Shown: positions 55,569-64,000 of the stretch, one piece after another | Layout: each line of letters opens with the position of its first letter | Position numbering within the stretch: the first letter of the stretch is position 1 | Source of the DNA: Blasia pusilla | Taxonomy: Eukaryota | DNA: 64,000 bases | Assembly: GCA_050084515.1 (NCBI GenBank) | Contig: CM114271.1 | Location: 42,532,001-42,596,000 of the forward strand | Reading direction: 5' to 3' | Position numbers and translations under genes: made by a program | The notes under the pieces: model-generated | Databases searched by the model: none | Told to the model about the DNA's origin: nothing | What the model saw: only the letters and a program-made list of their open reading frames with translations

Positions 55569-55924
55569 TCATTGTGAATCCAACTCTACGTCTGCTCCAC
55601 GCGTAACAACTACGACAGCCTTCATCTGGGCAACCCCGCACATCCCACCTGGATCCTCCATATCTCTGGAGGCTCTATAAGACATCGATGCCACAGATCC
55701 GGCTTCGGGTAACCTCAATGCCATAGCGACATTCTGCTGCTGTATCTGAGTAGCCATACAAGCCTCACTCCCGGCGTCTCCCTTGATGCATATAGGTGGT
55801 GGGACTCTAACTCCTCCACAAGCAACTCCACCATCCCCTCGGGAAAATCCAACTCCTCGTCCCCCAACGGGACTACCTGGTATACGACCTCTAGGCCAAC
55901 CCGGACCGGCAACTCGTTCTGGTG
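55569..55924 (-). mobile_element. Gag-linker fragment of another member of the same family, the insertion target of copy 3
   Basis: Homologous to ~6312-6672 and ~62275-62635 (ATQIQQQNVAMALRLPEAGSVAS). Confidence 0.85.
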
Positions 55925-56923
55925 TGTCGTGCGCATACACATCGCTACACAACATACATCGCTATCACTAAGCACACACACAAATATGCACGATCCCATG
56001 CTAACTCATGGCATGAGTTAGCATGGGACAAGAAGTACCAAAATATCTCCAATCGCCCCCCTAGCTGGTGGTTAGGTCCCTCTAACTCCAGATAGCCATC
56101 TATCCCTACCTACCATGACATACATGTCTCGGACGCTAAGAGCAAGAAGGCCGGGTGCTCATGTGGCCCCATCATTAGTCGCCTTCCTGTCATCCATGTC
56201 AGAGAAAAAGTCGGGATCGAAACCTACCTAGTATCTCCTCTATGTACATCTGGGACACATCCATCGTCCCCGAGGAACCCTAGTGAGAGGTGGCGTCAGA
56301 CATGCCATATGCCAACCTCTCGAACAACCATCACAGACTAGCATCGTGGCCGCACCACCGGCAGAACCACATAACATACAACGCAAGCCTGCATGAACTA
56401 CTGCTAAGCTCGGATCCACTGTACTATCAATGTTAGGAAGGTGACATGGTGCACAATTACGCACATGGTCCTTCCATACCATACCATCGCGTCCCTCCAG
56501 CAAGAGAACACCGGAGGGCAAAACGTCACGCACTCTCAGGATAGTGCACCCTGCAGTCACATCCAACGTCGTCGGTGCCGTCTGCTGCAAGTAGACATAA
56601 TCTCCTTGATGAAACCTCCGGATAGTTGGTCGATAACCACCACCCTGAATAGTCGCATACCTCAACGTATCCCGATGTTGCGCAATCGCCAAGTTCTCGA
56701 ACGCCATGGGCATCACTCTCTGAAATAACTCATCCCTCTGAGAACATGCTCGGTCCCATACATCTGGGTCATCAAGGTCCAACACCTCACCACCATCTCG
56801 ACGAATGGCCGCAGGTAAATTTGGCTCTCGGCCATAAAGTAGCAAGTACGGTGAAAAAGACGCTAAGGATGCCTGCCTGCTGAATCTGTATCCCATCGCC
56901 AACCATGGCAACTGGAGGTCCCA

Positions 56924-57330
56924 CCAGCCTTCGGCCCTTCTTTGGTTTTACCAAAAAAGGACCAAAAAACAAAATTATATTTTTCAAACTTTTTTGCGGC
57001 CTAGGCCTCGGATAAAGAAAAAAGAAAATCAAAAATAAAAGTGAAGTAGAAAATTTTATTTTAGGCACGTAATGCTCAACCCGATAGGCGAGAGGGGTAG
57101 AAAAATCTATATTTTTTCCGCTACGTGCCTTCTTTCTTAGCCATTTATAGAAGTGTCGGACCTGCGGGCAGAAAATGTCAAAATTTTTTTTTTTTTGTAG
57201 AGTATATTTCCAGAAACTTATCAGAATCGTCCCTTTGTTTTGTCTAACAGTGTCTGGCCCTTTTTTTGTCAGAAAAAAAATTTTCCCGACCCGCAGGGCC
57301 TCTCCCGCGGGTATCGTCCCCTTTGGCCAA
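56924..57330. other. ~400-bp foreign AT-rich insertion in the integrase of copy 3
   Basis: Splits HLGD|WDLQ, which is contiguous in copy 1 (CTAGGAGATTGGGACCTCCA); no clear TIR or TSD. Confidence 0.7.
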
Positions 57331-60059
57331 AAATCTCCTAGGTGACCTCTCTGCAAGCCATACTTGCGTAGACCCCTCTTCACCGTCTGCACAACTCTCT
57401 CCGCTAATCCATCCGCCTCAGGATGATCTCGTGAAGTCGTGCGGTGGTTGATCAACGCTTGATCACACAAGGCTTGGAACTCACCCCGAAACTCGGTACC
57501 TTGGTCTGTCAACACCTCAGCCGGTGCGCCATAATGACTCAGCACTCTGTCAAGGAAGGCATAAGCTACTCCCTCACTCGCTTTGTCAGGCAATGCAACC
57601 AACTCGATCCACTTCGAGAAGTGCACGACCATCACCAACACATAACGACTGTGACGCTCTGTCAAAGGCAAAGGTCTTGCAAAATCCAAACTCCACCTAT
57701 ACCCTAAGCCCATGATCGGTAATGGATGCAACTGTGGAGTCGGAGCATTGAACGATGCTCGAACCCGATCACACACCATGCACTTGGCAAAAAACTGTTG
57801 AACGTCAGTATGCATGCCTCGCCACCAATACTCAATCTAGAGCAAGCTGTACGTCCGCTTCACCCCAAAGTGACCCAACTCCTCGTGGGCATGCTGCACT
57901 AGTCATACTCTCAGCGAAGGATGTGGCACTACGCGTACTCTGCCATCCTCCCAAACCCTCAAAACATGTGTCCCCTCCCAACGGAACCGTCTGGCCCGCT
58001 ATAGGATCCGATCTCGCTCTCTAGCACCCACAGTGCTCGCAACACTGCCAGTACAAAGGTACTCCAAGACTACTCCATTATCATGAATATCTCGGCCACC
58101 TGTCGTCTCCTCAGTGGCCTCGGGATCCAAGGACTCTCCATTAGACCTCGCCATCGAAGTCTCCACACTTTGGCTCTCCATAGCCAACATGCCTAAATAG
58201 GCTGACGCGTGCCATCCTGGCACCGACTCCTCATCACTCTCTCCATGCCATCAAGCTCCAATTCCATCTCGCTGACTTGGGCATGGCTTACGACTCAACC
58301 CATCTGCATCTTGGTTGAGCGTCCTAGATCTATGTACCACCTGAAAATCATACTCCTGCAACAATAGAGCCCATTTCGCAAGCCCTTGTAAGCTTGTCGG
58401 ACTCCATCAACCACTTCAGTGGTTGATGATCAGTGATGATGGTAAAGGGGTTGTCGAATAAGTAACACATGAAATGCGTGACAGGCCACACCGCAGCCAA
58501 GCACTCACACTCATACGAGCTGTATTTCGCCTCTGCAGCGTTGTTCGAGCGGCTAGCGTAAGCCACCATGAACTCTCTACCCTCATCATCATGCTGGGTG
58601 AGCACCGCTCCAAGCCCCAACATGCTCCAATTTGTGTGCAACTGGAAAGGACGCCCCCTGATCGGTCTGCTCAAGATGGGCGCAGACATCAACCTGTCCA
58701 AAAGCAAGTGAAATGCTTGCTCCTGCTCATGCCCCCAGTGCCACTCGTGATCCACCTTGGTCAGCAAGGTCAGTGGCTTCGCAATCGAACTGAATCCCTT
58801 GACGTATCGCCGATAGAAGTTCTCCAATCCCATGAATGCGCGAACCCGGCTCACATCTGTAGGGCGTGGAATTCGTGAGATAGCCTCTACCTTCGTTTGT
58901 TGAACACCAAGGCCCCCAGGGTATATCGTATGACCCAAGTACTCAATTTGGTCGTAGAAGAACTTGCACTTGCCTGGATGTAGCTTCAGCTCATGTAATT
59001 GCAATCGTCGAAACACCTCCTCTAGATGTCGCTCATGCTCCTCAACCGTGGTGCTAAAGACTACGATGTCATGAATATGACACCTAGCAAAATCCAGACC
59101 AGCCAAGATCCTATCCATGACCCTCTGAAACTTAGCCGGGGCATTCTTTAACCCAAATGGTAAGAACCGCCACTGGTACAAACAATCCTTCCCGTGAGGA
59201 TCGATGCCCCAAAATGCCGTCTTCTACCTGTCCTCCAATCTGATAGGCAGCTGATGGTATCCGGCTCGCAAATCCAATGAACTAAAGACCTTTGCATGAC
59301 CAATCGCATCAAAGATCTCCTCAGGGGTGGGCATGGCATACCTATCGGACTTCGTCTGCCGATTGATAGGTCGGTAATCCCCACACATCCGCCTATCCGT
59401 CCAATTGCCATGCACATCCTTCTTGGTGGGCATGACAGTGGCAAATGCATACTCCCCATGGGACATCTCCACTAGTCCTCCTCTGACCAAGTCCTGGCTC
59501 CTACTCTGAATCAGAGCCCTCTCCATATCACTATACCTGTAGGGTCGTTGGAAGATCGGCGTATCACTCGACAACTCAATGCGGATCCCCAGTCCCTTCA
59601 GCATACCCAAATCCTCCATGCTAAACGCAAAGCAGCTCCTATAACTCTTGAGGAACTGATGTATTCGGCGCCGCTCTCCTCCTATCAACTTAGGGCCCAT
59701 ATATGGCTCCCAAGTCTCCATCGTGACTATGGTAGGACTCTCCGGCGGGGGTATCGGTGGTTGCTATGGTGCAACCCCGTCTCGAACAACAACACTCGGC
59801 CGCTCTCCTGCAGCCAACTGCAAACTTTGATCTCCTCCACGTGCAGTGCCCGAAACCACACTCGATGTTATGGCTATCATCTCCTTGCGTACCTGCAAAA
59901 CATCCCAAGAAGTCCAAGGGTGTCTCTCCCGATCTCCTCGGGTCTCGCCCCCAGCCACTTCCTCCATTGTCTGGGTAGGCATGGGGCTCACCAACGCAAC
60001 CACTATGATGTGTCGTGATCTCATACGACGTTGCTCAGCCACTCCCAAGCTGAGGATCC

Positions 60060-60995
60060 CATGTCAAGCAGTTCAGGTCCATCGCCTGACCCAAGACATG
60101 GCGTTGTGATGCCTCTGACATTGACGGTACTGCCATCACTTTGTGGGAAATCCCATCGCTCGCTCTCTCTCGTCGGCGTTGGGCTCCACTAACCGCTGAA
60201 CGTGGTCATCCTAAACCAAGCCAGGACCGGCCTCCTTGTATGCATAGGAAGCGGGAAAACTCACAAACGTGGGCAAGGCTGCCCGTGGCCTGCCTACCCT
60301 ATTGACCACAGTCAAGGGTGGTCGATCATCGTGCCTCGCAGCTTGTGATTGACGACCTGGATCTAGAATGGAATCCACTAACAAATAGGAGGGGCGCTCC
60401 ACTCTCGCATACGCCCTCCGTAATACCGCATGGGGCACCAAGTTGGTCCACCATAGACGCGGGCGATGGGCTCTAGAACCTACACTTGACGCATCCAAGA
60501 ACACTGCTGGGCCGATCCAGGCACGCACCTGATGAGCACTCGTCACCACCCGTGACCTGGAGTCTCCTAAGATCGGCACATTCTCCAGAATGTAGGCTGG
60601 AAAATGAGACTGGTGCTCCTGCAACTACCGTAAGACCCTCAACATCTCCCAAAACAACCTGGACCGAGTGTCAGCCAACTCGCTGCCTCGTCTAGCACTC
60701 GATTGGCCCTGACATGGCCAACCGGCAATGACCAAATCAATGGTCCCTACCCGCTCTAAGTCCTACGCCCCCAACAACGAAATATCCCTCAGTAGGGAAC
60801 TCTGGTAACCCTGTATTGCGGACGTAGAAAATAAGTCGGGAAAACGTAGGCATAACTATGCCACATGTCGTAGTGAGACGCGCCTTGCAACATCATCACT
60901 CTCCACATACAGTCTTTGTTGTACTCGCACTCTGCTGCAAAGCAAAGAGCTAACCGGTGCTAATCCCTCCAAAGAGATCTAACACTCGAATACCC
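60060..60995 (-). other. DNMT3-like methyltransferase domain (copy 3)
   Basis: IRVLDLFGGISTG, IAGWPCQGQS, ILENVP, GSRAHRPRLWWTNL, ERERAMGF, HVLGQAMDLN. Confidence 0.9.
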
Positions 60996-63900
60996 TCCTC
61001 CGGGGTACACCACACAATGGGTGTGGTATCCAAGGGTGTCATCGTAGCACTCCCTGCTACCTCAGGTTCCTGAGACCCGTCACGCTCCGGTGCAAACGCC
61101 TCGCTCCACGCGGTCTGCACGTGCTCATCTGCCAATCGTCGAAGCTCCTCAGTCGAGCCCCACAACGACACCTCTCCTCCACGGAATGATGCAACTACCA
61201 TAACACTCCTCTCCATAGAAATTTCAGGAACGGGAGTATCTTCTGCATGGACATGTCCCTCAATCAAATCACTACGCCAAGTGATGGCACTGCTAAATGC
61301 TGCTAAGGTCGTTATCTCTCCTGGCCGTTGCTCGATCACTGCACCTGTGAATCGAACGGATAATCAGCTAAGGCGCCCATCACTTGACTGGCATCCTTGT
61401 CTGTAGGACGCTGACTCCTCCTAGTAATCCAAGGAGAACCTCGGGTATAACACTGCTCCACCAACCAAGACGTCGTAGGACTCTGCATCAGTCACTATCG
61501 CCTTAGCGCGCACCACGGACTCATCTGTAGGATGTCCCGGGCGAATCCTCACCATGACCTCTTGTCGGGTGATATACTGTGTGGTACTCGCTCTACCCAA
61601 GGATGTCTGTATCCGGAATGGACAACGCTCCACATTGGCTCTCGTCAAGCCCAATCCTCTGAATGACGCTTTCCCCAACATCAGGGGTTGTGCTCCTGAA
61701 TCCAACAAGACGCATTGCGGACTAAAAGCTCTACCTCCAAGATTCACCAACTGGAAGACCTCTCCTTGGTTATCCAGCAACACAACACCAGGAGAAGCCA
61801 TGACACGCTCTATCGCGGGTCTAGCGGGCATTTCCGCCATTCTAGCAACCGCAGCCTGCCATGACTCTAACGTGGATGGTCCGAGCATCCGCTCCAAGGG
61901 CAGGTCCATCACCTCCTCTGCAATCACCTCTGAACGTGATGGAGGAACTCCAACTCCGCGCTCACATAGCGACGCGGCCAGCCGAAAAGCCTCGGCGGGG
62001 GTACCCCCCAACGTCATAACATCAGAAGCTGAAAATAAAGGAGTGCGGTACACAACGGTGGCTGCCCCCAACAATGTGCTCGACACATGCCCCTCCTGAG
62101 AATCAACAATAGGAGTCGTCGTATTAGCTTCTCCCATCGCCCTCCGTGCCTACACACCAACAACATCACCAACTCTTAAGGAACTTTGATGGGGACCCAT
62201 CGATGGGGTCCTCATCGCTTCGGACAATGTGAAAGACTAAGGAAGCCTAGTCTGTTTTCTAGCTTCCCCTCGCTATGGATCCAACTCTGCGGCTGCTCCG
62301 CACGTCACAACTACGGCGGCCTCCAGCTGGGCAACCCCGCACATCCAACCTGGATCCTCCAGATCTCTAGCTGCTCCATATGATGTCGATGCCACGGATC
62401 CGGCATCGGGTAACCTCAATGCCATAGCGGCAATCTGCTCTTGTAGCTGTTGTATCTGAGCAGCCATCCCAGCCTCACGTCCAGCGTCTCCCTCGGCGCG
62501 TCTAGGTGGTGGTACTCTACCTCCTCCATGGGCAGCTCCACCACCCTATTGGGCAACTCCAGCTCCTCGTCCCCCAACGGGACCACCTGGTGCACGATCT
62601 CTAGGCCCACCCGGACCGACTACTCGCTCTAGTGCCCTCTCTGGCCATTGGTCCGAATGTAATCAGGATGTAAACTGAAACACCTGGCGCATGTGTGATC
62701 ATACCTCTGACAATAGTCACACTGATAACCTCCTGGTGCAGCACCATCTCCTCCTCTATGCTGAGGCATATATCCATGACCCTGACGAGTGCAATGGCGC
62801 TGATGATGGGCTCCACCACATGACCAACAAGTAATAGTAGGCGGCTGTTGTTAAGCCGCATATGAAGGCGCAGGTCTCTGTGGCATCGCCTTTTGGTATC
62901 CTCCCTGAGCTCGTGGTGCCATAGTCAACCTATCTCGGAGTCCATGTTGCTACACTCGTGGTGCAGACAATCGTGACTGCTCTCGCCCAGAACCCATGGT
63001 GGCTACGCTCTCCTCCGCCATATTGCGCTCAATGTTCTCAACGGTCCGAAAAACATCTCTCAACGTAGGGGAGGTGTCCATAAGAAGCACCCTTCCCGCA
63101 CCCGTGGCTGCGGGGTCAAGTCTAGCATCGCGTACCATGACTGGATAGCCTGAGCCTTTGTCACCCCCTGAGTGACGTTGATCAACCGGCGCAAGCGAGT
63201 GTAAGCCTCACGTAAACTCTCACCTGGGCGCCTCTAGAAGTTGTGGATGCTCCGCAACTTTTCCGTCCGTACGCCTTGGTAGCAAAGAACTCAACCACGG
63301 GGTTGAACCTGGGACGAACCCGACTAGACGGTGTAACTGCTCCAGTGCGAGTGACCCCTCCTAAAACATCACTAGTGGAAGAGGAAGTAGCCTCTCCTGA
63401 CTCCTCCTCATCTGGGAATGGCTCCGTCCATGACACATAGTGTGGGTCGTAGTAGGGTCGCCATGCCTCAATCTCCTGGGCATATCTGTGGGAAACTCAT
63501 GGTAATCGTCCATGGGTGCCCCCTCTAAATGTTGGAACATACCATTCCATGCTGTAAACGGGTTAAACTCTCTAGAGTTCCTGGCCCGCTCGGAGCCGCA
63601 CCAACTCCTAAACTCTGCTATGAAATCATGCAACTCAATCGTACCTACTGCACCTGAAAACCTACGCGGTCCTCTATCCCAGTTGTCCATCTCGTACGCC
63701 CAACTGGTAGGACCACTCACAATGTGTGGCGATGTGATCACAAATTTCTCTACACCCTCCCCCTCGTCTGACAATGACACAGAAGGAGGTCGAGGTGGTC
63801 CCTGAAGTGAAGACCCTTGGAACCTCACGCCACTCCGCGTAAAACCTCTAGAGCTACTCTCGGGTTCACCACCTCGCCTCTCAAAGTCCCGAACGGACGC

Positions 63901-64000
63901 CGTGATGACCCTCGTGCCCTTCTCACCCGATCACTCTTGCCTCGCGAGTAATCCCTCAATCACTCATCCCAAACATGCGGCACTCGATCTACACTCTCCC

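Larger units (their letters stand above)
55925..64000 (-). mobile_element. Copy 3 of DNMT3/PHD Gypsy-like element (close to copy 1); 5' end lies beyond the window
   Basis: gag start ~63690, VLLDSGAQP protease, DNMT, RT, RH, IN, intact PHD (56240-56380), PPT 56056-56062, segment B 55925-56053 ending CGACA. Confidence 0.95.

Overview
Eukaryotic, repeat-rich plant DNA (spliced genes; an early-diverging land plant is a guess I cannot confirm). Three host genes are present: the 3' end of a GDSL lipase, a 3-exon alpha-amylase with a transit-peptide-like N-terminus, and a frameshifted class I glutamine amidotransferase-like gene. They sit among Helitron, hAT, CACTA, LINE/CRE and chromovirus remnants and a tRNA-Val pseudogene. 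The main feature is a family of Ty3/Gypsy-like retrotransposons: three large copies (2583-12566 +, 34691-44472 +, 55925->64000 -) plus fragments. Their polyprotein runs Gag(2x zinc knuckle)-protease-DNMT3-like cytosine methyltransferase-RT-RNaseH-DDE integrase-PHD finger. They have no tRNA PBS but show a Tf1-like self-priming complementarity conserved in two divergent copies. They also lack normal paired LTRs: the best-preserved copy has split direct repeats (A1-body-PPT-B1-gc-A2-B2) with TG...CA ends and a 4-bp TSD. Its A2/B2 junction joins the predicted minus- and plus-strand start sites, suggesting a DDE integrase inserting a circular cDNA at an att site inside the LTR. All calls were made by eye; domain boundaries are approximate.
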